Shown piece after piece: positions 51,688-61,590 of a stretch of DNA of 64,000 bases. Below the pieces are notes generated by a model that saw only the letters and a list, made by a program, of their open reading frames with translations, was not told the origin of the DNA and ran no database searches. A program made the translations under genes and the position numbers. The stretch's first letter is position 1. Each line of letters begins with the position of its first letter. Origin of the DNA: Nitrospirales bacterium (GTDB lineage: Bacteria; Nitrospirota; Nitrospiria; Nitrospirales; UBA8639); the NCBI GenBank assembly GCA_963555755.3, contig OY820905.2, positions 2,272,001 through 2,336,000 of the forward strand, written 5' to 3'.

Positions 51688-53436
51688 TTAGGCACTCGGT
51701 GTCGGGATCAAACTTTTCTGGGGAGCGCTTTGTGCTTTCGAGGCTGGTTTTTCGGATGAAGGTTTACTCGGAGTGAGCAACGCTTGCCCACGGAGCTTGC
51801 GGTGGTAGGTGATGGCGAAGCGGTGGGCTTCATCACGAATGCGTTGAACGAGGTGGGATGCTGATGACGAAGGAGAAAGGATCAGTGGCTCACGAATGCC
51901 TGGTGAATAGATTCGCTCTTCTTTTTCGCCTTTGGCTTTGGCCAATCCGATTATCGGCACATGCTTGATCCCCAAATTCGTGAGTGCCTCAATCGCGGCT
52001 CCAAGCTGACCGATGCCGCCGTCGATCAGAATCAAGTCTGGAAGGGGCAAGCCCTTGTCGTTATTGGCACTCAGTGAGCCGCCATACCGACGGTTAACGA
52101 CTTCGTGCATGCTGGCAAAGTCATTGGCGCCTTCAACGGTTTTCACTTTGAAGCGCCGGTAGTCGGCTTTTTTCATTTGCCCGTCTTCCCACACCACCAT
52201 CGAGGCCACAGAATCCGTGCCCATAGTATTCGAAATATCAAATCCTTCGATGCGGCCTAATGCCTTGGGAAGGCGAAGGAGTTGTTGAAGCTCCTTGGCT
52301 TCTTTTTCTTCGACTACGCCTTTTCGCAAGTGCTCCGCGATGGCGGCGACGGCATTCTCTTGTGCGAGTTGCAACAGCTGATATTTGACTCCGCGCTCTG
52401 GGGTGAGTATGCGAACGGCTTGCCCCTTTTTGTCTGACAACCATCGTTGGATCAACTCCCGTTCCCCCAATTTCGAGGGGATCAACACTTCCTTTGGCGG
52501 CAACATGTCCTTGTTGTAGAACTGTTCAATCGTCGACCGAATGAGCTCTTCATCAGAGGCCTCTTTTGTATCTGCCCAGAAAAAGTCCTTTCGCCCAATG
52601 AGCTGCCCTCCTCGCACAAACAAGAGTTGCAAATCGGCTGCGGGACCCATGCGTGCCAAGCCCATCACGTCCTGATCCACCGGACCAATTTGGGCGACCC
52701 GTTGTTTTTCCAAGGTCTTGGAGACTTTCGCAATCCGATCCCGCAAACGAGCCGCCTCTTCAAACTCCTCCCGATCAGCGGCGGTTTCCATGTCCGCACG
52801 TAGCCCATCGAGTAATTCTCGGTCTCGGCCTTCTAAAAAGAACCGGACTTGTTTGACGATGCGATGATACTCTTCTTGGGATTGATTACCGGTACACGGC
52901 GCCATGCAGCGTTTGATTTCAAACTCGATGCATGCCCGGTCGGCTGTGCCATCGATATTGATTTTACAGGTGGCCAACGGGAAGACCTTCTTGATGACTT
53001 TTAACGTTTCACGCAACGCCCCGGCTGGTACGTACGGACCAAAATACAACGCACCGTCGCGTTTCACCCGCCGCACGATCGATAGCCGCGGGAAATGTTC
53101 TTTGATTGGAAGCCGAAGGTAAGGGTAATGCTTATCATCACGAAGTACGACATTGAACCGCGGACGATGGCGCTTGACCAAATTGCTTTCCAGCAAGAGC
53201 GCTTCGAGTTCCGATTTGGTCACAATGGTTTCGATGTCCTGCACGAGCCCAATTAATACTCGGTTTTTGGGACTCAGGTCGGTCCCTTTTAGAAAATAGG
53301 ATCGCACTCGATCGGTCAAGACCCGCGCCTTGCCGATGTACAGGATTTCTCCCTGCTTTCCTTTCATCAAGTACACGCCAGGCTGCTTGGGAAGATGATC
53401 GAGAGTGGCTTGGAAGTCGGAGGCGGGTTGTGTCAT
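51688..53436 (-). CDS. uvrC: Excinuclease ABC subunit C (no C-terminal HhH domain visible)
   Basis: PGVYLM, YIGKA, EALLLE, YFGPY, FEEAARLRD, IEGFDIS, LILIDGG, RDEAHRFAI. Confidence 0.95.
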   Translation of the reverse strand: MTQPASDFQATLDHLPKQPGVYLMKGKQGEILYIGKARVLTDRVRSYFLKGTDLSPKNRVLIGLVQDIETIVTKSELEALLLESNLVKRHRPRFNVVLRDDKHYPYLRLPIKEHFPRLSIVRRVKRDGALYFGPYVPAGALRETLKVIKKVFPLATCKINIDGTADRACIEFEIKRCMAPCTGNQSQEEYHRIVKQVRFFLEGRDRELLDGLRADMETAADREEFEEAARLRDRIAKVSKTLEKQRVAQIGPVDQDVMGLARMGPAADLQLLFVRGGQLIGRKDFFWADTKEASDEELIRSTIEQFYNKDMLPPKEVLIPSKLGERELIQRWLSDKKGQAVRILTPERGVKYQLLQLAQENAVAAIAEHLRKGVVEEKEAKELQQLLRLPKALGRIEGFDISNTMGTDSVASMVVWEDGQMKKADYRRFKVKTVEGANDFASMHEVVNRRYGGSLSANNDKGLPLPDLILIDGGIGQLGAAIEALTNLGIKHVPIIGLAKAKGEKEERIYSPGIREPLILSPSSSASHLVQRIRDEAHRFAITYHRKLRGQALLTPSKPSSEKPASKAQSAPQKSLIPTPSA

Positions 53437-53525
53437 TTGGTCAAGCCTCGTGATGCGTGATCCGTGATGGGTAATGCGTAAAAAAATTCGTTTCTCCACC
53501 CTTCACGCATCACGCTTTACGTCTT

Positions 53526-53924
53526 TTAGACAATGATGGTGCCCGGCGGCCTCTCAATCAACTCCACTTCATAGCCATCTGGCGCATCGATGAAAATAAA
53601 TCGGCTGCCAGATGAGCTTTGAGTCGGACCGTCGGTGATAGGCACATTCTTCGCATTCAGCTCCTCAATGGTCCGATCGAGATTGTCGACTTCAAACGCT
53701 AAATGCACGAGGTCTTCTTGCACGATCACGGGGCCACTAGCGGGGAAGCTACACAGTTCAATCAGTTCCTCACTATTGGGGACAGCTAAAAAGGCTAAAT
53801 GCGATCCACGCGGCGACACTTTGCGTTCGAGGACCTCAAGTCCCAACACGTCCTGATAAAACGCAATGGTTTGATCCATATCGCTGACCCGCATTCGGGT
53901 ATGTAGCAATTTTTTCACGTTCAT
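53526..53924 (-). CDS. Glyoxalase/lactoylglutathione lyase (VOC family)
   Basis: LLHTRMRVSD, IEL, HLAFEV, FIDAPDGYEVELIE. Confidence 0.88.
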   Translation of the reverse strand: MNVKKLLHTRMRVSDMDQTIAFYQDVLGLEVLERKVSPRGSHLAFLAVPNSEELIELCSFPASGPVIVQEDLVHLAFEVDNLDRTIEELNAKNVPITDGPTQSSSGSRFIFIDAPDGYEVELIERPPGTIIV

Positions 53925-54204
53925 GGTGACTCTACCCTCTTCAAAATCTTTTCTAATACCTTGATTGTGATCTATTGTACTCGAGCCCTTCCCTTCCAAC
54001 AAGAAACAGCATGCTGACAACACCTCGCCGGTTTTCAAGGCATTCCCCTGTATTGCCTAGGCTTTTGTGTTGGCATACACTAGGCCGTCTACTTAATGGA
54101 TTCATCATAGACAAGGAAATACGGCAAGCCTTTCCCAAGGCTCCCACCTAAAAGGTTCGTCGAAGTCACGAGTGATGATCGCGCCTCGAGGAATACACAC
54201 CAAC

Positions 54205-55599
54205 ATGCGTTTCTTTTTAGTTCAGGCCGGCGTCCTTCTACTTTTTCTTGTGGGAGTGAACACGTCCCTGCATGCTGAGGCGTTTCGTATTCTTGACCAA
54301 AGCGCTGCAGCTACAGGGCAAGGCACGGCTTTCGCGGCTCAAGCGGATGAACCATCGGCGGTGTATTTTAATCCCGCGGCGATGACCCAATTGCCGGGCA
54401 TTCAAGTATCCGCGGGAATACTCTTCGTCAACGGAGATATCAATTTCACCCCGACCACCAGGCCCATGGTGGAAGGGGATTTTGGATCGACCATCGCCAA
54501 TCCACCTCCCACTAGCCTCTACATCACCGCCAATCTGGGAGACTTGGGATTTTCCTCATTCAAAAAAGTCACGCTTGGGATGGGCATCAACTCCCCCTTT
54601 GGGAATCTGATGAACTATCCCACGAGCGGCTCTCTCTCTCCGGTCCTCACGTCTTCCGCTTTCCCACTTGTCGATTTTAAGCCAACCCTGGCCATCGAAT
54701 TCAACGAGTTTCTTTCCGTAGGATTCGGGTTAGATATTTATACATTTTTGGATGCCATCGGCGAGGGACATGTCGAATTTCAACAAGCCGGTGCTGACCT
54801 CGTCGGGACTGACTTAGCTTCTTTACCCACTGACCGCATTGAACTGAATGGAACGGATACCGCGTTGGGATTTAATGTCAGCTTTCTTTTAACACCCTTT
54901 CGAAATGACCAAGGGAAACCCATTGTCAACGTGGCATTTGTCTATCGAAGCCACACGGAATTAGAACTAGAGGGACAGTTTTTAAATCAAACAACAGGTC
55001 TAATCTTGGGCTCAAAAGCCTCCTTAAACTTGCCGCAAATCTTCACCACAGGCGTGGCAGTCTGGCCCATCCGCAATGCCCAACGCGAGTGGAAAATCGA
55101 ATTTGATTTTGATTACGCGGATTGGACATCTTTTAAAAATCTGGACGTGACTCTTTCGAATGGACTGGTGCTTCCGAAACCACGAAATTGGCTCCCGGCG
55201 TACATTCTTATGTTAGGGACCGAGTATAAACTCTTAAACCCGGTTCAGTTCCCCCATTGGGAATTGGCGTTTCGAGGCGGTTATGTCTTTTCAGATAGCC
55301 CCATACCGGAGGCCACCTTTAAACCCGATGTGCCTGGATCGAATTACCATGCGCTTTCGATCGGGTTTGGATTTCTTTGTACGAAACAAGGCATGTTTCT
55401 GGGATTCATTCGTTGCGGGAACGATGGCACAACTTTTATTGGCACCACCGCCATTGGTATTGATCTTGCCTATCAGGCCATTCTGTACAACGCCCGTGGA
55501 ATCAACAATAATGACGATCCCAGGGTGAATGGCATATGGGACACCACCATTCACGTCGGTGCGCTCAACCTCCGAACCAATTTTGAACTGACTCGATAA
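54205..55599 (+). CDS. OmpP1/FadL/TodX outer-membrane transporter
   Basis: Signal peptide, DQSAAATGQG, VYFNPAAM, SPFG. Confidence 0.88.
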   Translation: MRFFLVQAGVLLLFLVGVNTSLHAEAFRILDQSAAATGQGTAFAAQADEPSAVYFNPAAMTQLPGIQVSAGILFVNGDINFTPTTRPMVEGDFGSTIANPPPTSLYITANLGDLGFSSFKKVTLGMGINSPFGNLMNYPTSGSLSPVLTSSAFPLVDFKPTLAIEFNEFLSVGFGLDIYTFLDAIGEGHVEFQQAGADLVGTDLASLPTDRIELNGTDTALGFNVSFLLTPFRNDQGKPIVNVAFVYRSHTELELEGQFLNQTTGLILGSKASLNLPQIFTTGVAVWPIRNAQREWKIEFDFDYADWTSFKNLDVTLSNGLVLPKPRNWLPAYILMLGTEYKLLNPVQFPHWELAFRGGYVFSDSPIPEATFKPDVPGSNYHALSIGFGFLCTKQGMFLGFIRCGNDGTTFIGTTAIGIDLAYQAILYNARGINNNDDPRVNGIWDTTIHVGALNLRTNFELTR

Positions 55600-55701
55600 C
55601 CTCGCCACCCTCATATTCTTTCTCTTCACACCTTCTTTTCGCCACCGTGTTTCGTGTACCCTCGGCAGTTGAACTTCAGGGGACCTCCCGAAATCCTTAC
55701 C

Positions 55702-58020
55702 ATGAACGATTGGCTGCCCAAATCTCACCGCATCCTGGAAAAAGGCTCGATGGCCTTTCAACCGTTCGGCAAACATCCCGACGACCACAACATTCGAGAT
55801 GTCAGTGGAGTCACTGTTCGCGCCAACGTGGAATTTCTGGAAGACCTGGTCAGTCGAACCAAAGGATCACCAGCCGGAGCCCACGCGGTTGAAGACCTCA
55901 TCCGGCGTTTGAATGAACGGATTCCGGATTCCACCTACCACGTCACCCAAGAATTGATTCGAAACCCCTGGAACAGTTATTCTTACGAGTTTGTCATATT
56001 TCTAGCCGAGTTTTGCGTGATTCTGAGTGAGGATGAGAAATTTCACATTAACCTGGGCCGGGAAAAATTGCTATCACCCCTCGTGCAAATCTTGGGCCGA
56101 CCGTTTTCGATCGCCCAGATCTATTCCATGTTTCCCCACTTTGCGGAAAAATTCGGCAAGGACGCACTCAAACCCGAAGTGGTGTCTTCCAAAAACGGGC
56201 TCGCGATCTTGCGGTTGCGATTGAGTGAGGAAACCGCCCAACAATTTGGGCCATACCGCAATGGATGCGCGGAGCGTATCTGTCAATCCGGGAAACATGC
56301 GTTGGGGCAGATTCCATCACAAATGTTTCATCTTCACCCTGCTTCCATTATGGAACCTTCTTGCATGGCGGACGGAGCCGATTACTGCGAATGGCATATA
56401 TCGTGGACACCGCAACCTTCGAGTTTTTGGCTCTGGCCAATGGCGGGGATCCTCCTCAGCCTTGTCCTCTTCAGTTGGCTTTCTTTGAGTGCTGGAGACC
56501 TGTCATTTTTCACCATGGCAGGCCTCGCCTCGATTCCAACCATTCTTCTTTGGCTCGGGGGCCTGGTGTGGACAGATCGCCAAGCGGTTCAGAATCAACA
56601 ACAGGTGATCCAAGAGCAGTTGGATTCCGTGGAGTTTCAGCACGAAGCCCTTCGCGAAGCCTATCTCAAACAAGAACATACCAACGTGGATCTTCATCGC
56701 AAAATTCGTGAGCAGACGATGTTTCGTGATATTGCGGTACGCCTCAGTTCGACGCTGGACCAGGATGCCGTGATCCAGGTAGGGTTGGACGCCATCACCC
56801 GCGATTTACCCTATGACCGTGCGATGATTACACGATTTGACGCTACTCGTCAGATTGCCAGTCAGGCTCATGTGAAAGGGGTGTCAGATGAGTTAGCGGC
56901 CGTGGCCAATTCCTTCGAAATTCCCATTTCCGACCCAACCAGTTTTGAAGGCACGCTGCTGCTTCAAGGCCAACCCGCCCTGGTCAACGACGTCAAAACC
57001 ATTTGGTCATCGCTGCACCCCGTGAACCAGCAATTGGTCACAGCCATGAACACCCACGCGTTTATCGCCGTGCCGTTGAAATTCCAAGACACCATGCTGG
57101 GTGCACTGATGGTGGACCGGCGATCAACCATTCCGTTCACGCAAGATGATGTCTCTATTTTACTGACAGTCGGCCATCATATCGCACTGGCCCTTCACAA
57201 TGCCCGTGCCTATACCGATCTGCAAACATTGAATCAACAACTGGAAGCCAAGGTACAGGAACGGACGTTTGATCTTGAGCAAGCCAACCGCCACCTCGAA
57301 ACTACGAATGCGCAGCTTGCGGAATTAAACGAAACCAAGTCGCGGTTTCTTGCGCATTGTTCGCATGAACTTCGTACACCCCTGGCCTCGATCAAGGGCT
57401 TTTCGGAAAATTTACTGTCTGGGTTAGGCGGGGCATTAACCACCAAACAAAAAACCTCACTTCAACGCATTGAAATCAATGCCGACCGTTTGGCGCGTAT
57501 GATTGGCAATCTGCTCGACCTTTCCCAAATCGAGGCTGGGAAGATGCATTTGAATCTGAGTGCATGCGATCTTACGGTGCTGGCGCAGGAAGTGGTGGGA
57601 CATTACCACCCTTTAGCCCAAGCGAAAAACCAGCGCATTGAAGTTCAGGGACCAAATCAGGGCGTCAAACTTTATGCCGACCCTGATCGTGTCACACAGA
57701 TCTTGCTGAATCTCCTTCACAATGCCAGTAAGTTTACCCCGGAAGGAGAAACGATTCTGATCGTGACCGAATTGGTGCCACCCCGGGAAGCCCGTGTATC
57801 CGTCATCGACTCAGGACCAGGCATCCCGGAAGACGCCATCCCGAAATTGTTCGACCCCTTCTTTCAAGCCCACCGCGATCATGAAATGGGCACGAAAGGC
57901 TTGGGCCTAGGGCTCGCCATTGTTCAGCACTTGGTGAACCTTCACGATGGGACCATACACGTGGAAAACCACCAACCCCACGGAGCCACTTTTCGTGTTC
58001 AATTTCCATGTAGGACCTGA
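55702..58020 (+). CDS. Histidine kinase with a V4R-like N-terminal domain, 2 TM, GAF, HisKA and HATPase
   Basis: CMADGADYCEW, ALHNARAY, SHELRTPL, DSGPGI, GLGLGL. Confidence 0.9.
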   Translation: MNDWLPKSHRILEKGSMAFQPFGKHPDDHNIRDVSGVTVRANVEFLEDLVSRTKGSPAGAHAVEDLIRRLNERIPDSTYHVTQELIRNPWNSYSYEFVIFLAEFCVILSEDEKFHINLGREKLLSPLVQILGRPFSIAQIYSMFPHFAEKFGKDALKPEVVSSKNGLAILRLRLSEETAQQFGPYRNGCAERICQSGKHALGQIPSQMFHLHPASIMEPSCMADGADYCEWHISWTPQPSSFWLWPMAGILLSLVLFSWLSLSAGDLSFFTMAGLASIPTILLWLGGLVWTDRQAVQNQQQVIQEQLDSVEFQHEALREAYLKQEHTNVDLHRKIREQTMFRDIAVRLSSTLDQDAVIQVGLDAITRDLPYDRAMITRFDATRQIASQAHVKGVSDELAAVANSFEIPISDPTSFEGTLLLQGQPALVNDVKTIWSSLHPVNQQLVTAMNTHAFIAVPLKFQDTMLGALMVDRRSTIPFTQDDVSILLTVGHHIALALHNARAYTDLQTLNQQLEAKVQERTFDLEQANRHLETTNAQLAELNETKSRFLAHCSHELRTPLASIKGFSENLLSGLGGALTTKQKTSLQRIEINADRLARMIGNLLDLSQIEAGKMHLNLSACDLTVLAQEVVGHYHPLAQAKNQRIEVQGPNQGVKLYADPDRVTQILLNLLHNASKFTPEGETILIVTELVPPREARVSVIDSGPGIPEDAIPKLFDPFFQAHRDHEMGTKGLGLGLAIVQHLVNLHDGTIHVENHQPHGATFRVQFPCRT

Positions 58021-58193
58021 GAGAAAATAACTTGGGCAATATCGCGCCAAGATTTGGGTCGGATTTGGACGGAACGATTGAGAAAAACTCGAGGCATAGC
58101 ACAGCTATGGTGAGGGTTTTTCGATTGAGGCCCGTTCAAAGATGGCCCGAAGATTGGATGCGAGATTGATCAAGTTATTTTCTCGCAGGTCCT
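58012..58193. mobile_element. MITE family E (AGGACCTG(A/C)GAGAAAATAACTTG...CAAGTTATTTTCTCGCAGGTCCT)
   Basis: Copy at 61857-62038 and a partial one at 58241-58293; both full copies are followed by the same partial D element. Confidence 0.8.
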
Positions 58194-58435
58194 AAGAGCT
58201 TGCGCGGACTTTTGTGATCCAACTGCTGCTTCTAGGTTCCAAGATGGCCCGAAGATTGGATGCAAGATGTCCAAGTTATTTTCTCTCAGGTCCTAAGGCT
58301 CAATCCTAACTTGGCTTAAAATTCCATCCACTCGATAACACCTCAACATTTTCCTCGGCCTTGGCCTTGGCATCGACCTCTCGTCTTTGTGCCGTTCACT
58401 CCCCGTTCTCCAAGGAGAAATTTCTCACAGACTAT

Positions 58436-58462
58436 TAAGTGGATAGCCGTACTCGCCGATAA
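58436..58462 (+). promoter_or_regulatory. Sigma28 (FliA)-like promoter
   Basis: TAAG-N15-GCCGATAA. Confidence 0.7.
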
Positions 58463-58507
58463 ACCGGGAAAGTAGGACAATACTTAAACCCGAAGGGAGG
58501 TGATTCC

Positions 58508-58600
58508 ATGGCAGCAGCAAAGAAACCAGCGAAGAAAGCCACCGCGCGTGCGAAAAAAGCACCAGCTCGGAAACAAGCTAGCAGCGCGAAGCGCTGCTAA
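58508..58600 (+). CDS. 30-aa Lys/Ala-rich histone H1-like peptide
   Basis: GGGAGG RBS; MAAAKKPAKKATARAKKAPARKQASSAKRC*; below the ORF-track cutoff. Confidence 0.75.
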   Translation: MAAAKKPAKKATARAKKAPARKQASSAKRC

Positions 58601-58630
58601 TTCAATAAGGTAGACTTACCTTATGACCAA

Positions 58631-58668
58631 GGCCGGGGAATGACGGAAGTCTTCCCCGGCCATTTTCT
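58631..58668 (+). terminator. Intrinsic terminator
   Basis: GGCCGGGGAA...TTCCCCGGCC followed by ATTTTCTT. Confidence 0.65.
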
Positions 58669-58963
58669 TCTTCCCACTTCTCTTTCACGAACACCAACCC
58701 CTAGCCAACCATTTCCTGAACTTTCTTCCACTGGATTCGCATACGCTCCTCCATGGGGCGCGCCCCTCGATAGGTTGGCGAGAACCCTATGGCTTGCGAT
58801 ACCCATTGAGTTTCTGTGAACGGGTATGTGATAAATGCCTGTGCATTCTCACAGCCCGGTTCGAGAAGAACTGGGACCGCGTGTCGTACTTCACCTGTTT
58901 AGGTTCATCGAAGAAGTACACACATTATAGGAAGCGCTACACAAGAGAGGACTTTTCACCAGC

Positions 58964-59815
58964 ATGACCATCAATACTCAAACCCAACTGTGTGGAGTGC
59001 TTGGCAATCCCGTCGAACATTCCCTTTCTCCGGCCATTCACAATGCGGCATTTCAGCACCTCGGGCTGAATTATGTGTATCTCGCCTTTCGCGTTGAACA
59101 GGTGAAGGAAGCGATTCAGGGCATTCGAGCGTTAGGAAACCTTCGGGGATTCAGCGTGACGATTCCGCATAAAGTCTCGGCCATGACCTACTTGGATACA
59201 ATCGATGACACCGCCAGACATATTGGGGCGATCAACACAATCGTCAAAACCGATGGAACGTTAACCGGGTATAACACCGACGCATCAGGTGCGCTGCAGG
59301 CTCTTCGTCAGGCGAAAACGGCGCTCGATGACCAACGTGTCTTGATCTTGGGTTCTGGCGGTGCGGCTCGGGCGATTGCTTTTGGTCTGGCCCTTCATGA
59401 ACGGCTAGCTGGGTTGACCATTCTCGGGATTGTCAATGATGAACGTGCAAACCTTGTCACCGATCTTCGCAAGGGCACCACCGTGGCGATAGAAGAGGCT
59501 CACTTGAGTGAGAAGACCCTAGGGCCAGCCATCGAGCAGGCCCAGGTGCTCATTCATTGCACCCCGCTCGGAATGCATCCAAAGGTCGATCACACCTGCG
59601 TCCCTCAAGACCTTCTCAAAGCTCACCTGACGGTTATGGATATCGTCTATAATCCACGGGAAACTCGCTTGCTTCGGGAAGCCCGAGAAGTGGGATGCGC
59701 CACGATTCCCGGCCTCGAAATGTTTCTTCACCAAGCGGTTACCCAATTTGAGCTCTGGACCGGTCAATCCGCGCCCACTGACGTGATGCGCGAAATTTTA
59801 GAGGCACAGTTTTGA
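58964..59815 (+). CDS. aroE: Shikimate dehydrogenase
   Basis: HSLSPAIHN, SVTIPHK, GAINT, NTD, GSGGAARA, DIVYNP, GLEMFLHQA. Confidence 0.95.
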   Translation: MTINTQTQLCGVLGNPVEHSLSPAIHNAAFQHLGLNYVYLAFRVEQVKEAIQGIRALGNLRGFSVTIPHKVSAMTYLDTIDDTARHIGAINTIVKTDGTLTGYNTDASGALQALRQAKTALDDQRVLILGSGGAARAIAFGLALHERLAGLTILGIVNDERANLVTDLRKGTTVAIEEAHLSEKTLGPAIEQAQVLIHCTPLGMHPKVDHTCVPQDLLKAHLTVMDIVYNPRETRLLREAREVGCATIPGLEMFLHQAVTQFELWTGQSAPTDVMREILEAQF

Positions 59816-60330
59816 TGAATTTGATTCTCATTGGATATCGAGGGACGGGAAAGAGTACGGTGGGACGGTTGCTCGCCTCCCGCTTGGGATGGGAAACCGT
59901 ATCCACGGATGCGCTGATTATCCAACGAGCGAAGTTACCCATTCCAGAGATTGTGTCCCAATTTGGATGGGATCATTTCCGGGATTTGGAATCAGCCGTC
60001 TGCCAGGAATTGCGGGGAAAAGACCATTTGATCATCGACACTGGAGGCGGAATCATTCTCAGGGATGTGAATGTTGAGACGTTGAAACATTACGGGTTGT
60101 TGTGTTGGTTAACGGCAACCGTCGAGACAATTCGTCGTCGTATTGCCGGTGATTCTCAACGTCCGTCGTTAACGAGTGGCAAGACGTTTATTGAAGAAAT
60201 CGAAGAGGTGTTGCAGGAACGAACGCCAAAGTACCGAGCCGCCGCAGACCTTATCGTGGAGACGGATTCCGGTTCGGCAGACCAGATCGCGGATCAGGTG
60301 TTGGCGAAGTTTCGAGAGATGAAGGGCTAA
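59812..60330 (+). CDS. aroK: Shikimate kinase
   Basis: GYRGTGKST, FRDLE, DTGGG, RPSL, ERTPKY. Confidence 0.93.
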   Translation: MMNLILIGYRGTGKSTVGRLLASRLGWETVSTDALIIQRAKLPIPEIVSQFGWDHFRDLESAVCQELRGKDHLIIDTGGGIILRDVNVETLKHYGLLCWLTATVETIRRRIAGDSQRPSLTSGKTFIEEIEEVLQERTPKYRAAADLIVETDSGSADQIADQVLAKFREMKG

Positions 60331-60379
60331 GGGTTCGCGCAAAAATACCTCCCCCTGTTTGGGTGCTGAGACGCCTGTC

Positions 60380-61499
60380 TAGTGTTTAATTGCTAATTTA
60401 AACTATATTATGTAATCTTGGCCTTATGCCGAGAACTGCACCCCACATAGAGATCCCCCCAGAGGACAAGAGAACGTTACGAAACCGGACAAAGAGCCGA
60501 ACATTGCCCAAGCAAACGGTGGACCGAGCGAAAATGATTTTGGAGAGCGAAGCGGGAAAACCGGTCAAACAGATCGCGCAGGAACTCACCACGTACCCCA
60601 ACAAAGTCATTTATTGGCGGCAACGCTATGTCGAGAATGGGCTAGCCGGCCTTCAGGACCAGCCCCGCTCGGGTCGACCACCCAAGTATGGTAAAACGTT
60701 TCGCAATGATCTGCTCAAGGTGTTAAGCCAACCGCCGCCCCAAGGGTTGGCCCTGTGGGACGGGCCTGCCGTGGCCGAGGAGTTGGAGGCACCCGTTGAC
60801 GCGGTCTGGAAAGTGTTACGCAAAGAAGGCATCAATCTGCAACGGCACCGGTCATGGTGTATCAGCACCGATACAAACTTTGCCAGCAAGGCCGCGGATA
60901 TTGTGGGGCTCTATTTAGCCCCGCCGGTCAACGCCATCGTGCTCTGTGTGGATGAAAAACCCAGCATTCAGGCCCTGGAACGAAAAACCGGCTATATCAA
61001 AACAGAGAGTGGAAAAGTCATCCGCGCCTACCAAAGCACCTATACACGACATGGCACGCTCAATCTCTTTGCTGCGCTGGAAGTCTCAACAGGAAAAATT
61101 CAGGGCAAAGTGACGCCAGAGAAAAAGCGAACGGATTTTCAAGCCTTTCTGGATGAAATTGTGGAGGAATACTCTCCAGCCCAAGAGATTCACGTCGTGT
61201 TAGATAATGACGGCACCCACAAGAAGAACGACGAGTGGCTCGCACGCCATAACAATGTCCACTTTCATTTTCCCCCGACATCCGCAAGCTGGCTCAATCA
61301 GGTCGAAATCTGGTTTGGGATCTTTTCCCGGAAAGCTCTCCGGGGCGCTTCCTTTGCCAGTCCTCACCAACTGAGACAGCGTATCGAAGATTTTATCGAA
61401 CACGACAACCCAAACGCCAAACCATTTAAATGGCGGAAAAGGGAAGTCAAGGGATCGCAGCTTAAAGATAATATAGCTAACTTAACAAATTAAACACCA
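60380..61499 (+). mobile_element. IS630-family element (transposase 60426-61493)
   Basis: IR GTGTTTAATT/AATTAAACAC; PRSGRP, CVDEK, RHGT, LDN, SWLNQVEIWF. Confidence 0.92.
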
Positions 61500-61590
61500 G
61501 ACAGGTGTCTCAGCACCCAAACCGGGGAAGGTATTCTTGCGCGAACCCTCCGTGGTGATGAGATATTTTTGTATTTTGCCAGGTGCGCTC

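Noticed and set aside
58840..58930. Structured leader upstream of aroE
   Set aside because: Two hairpins only, with no known motif or leader peptide to support a call.
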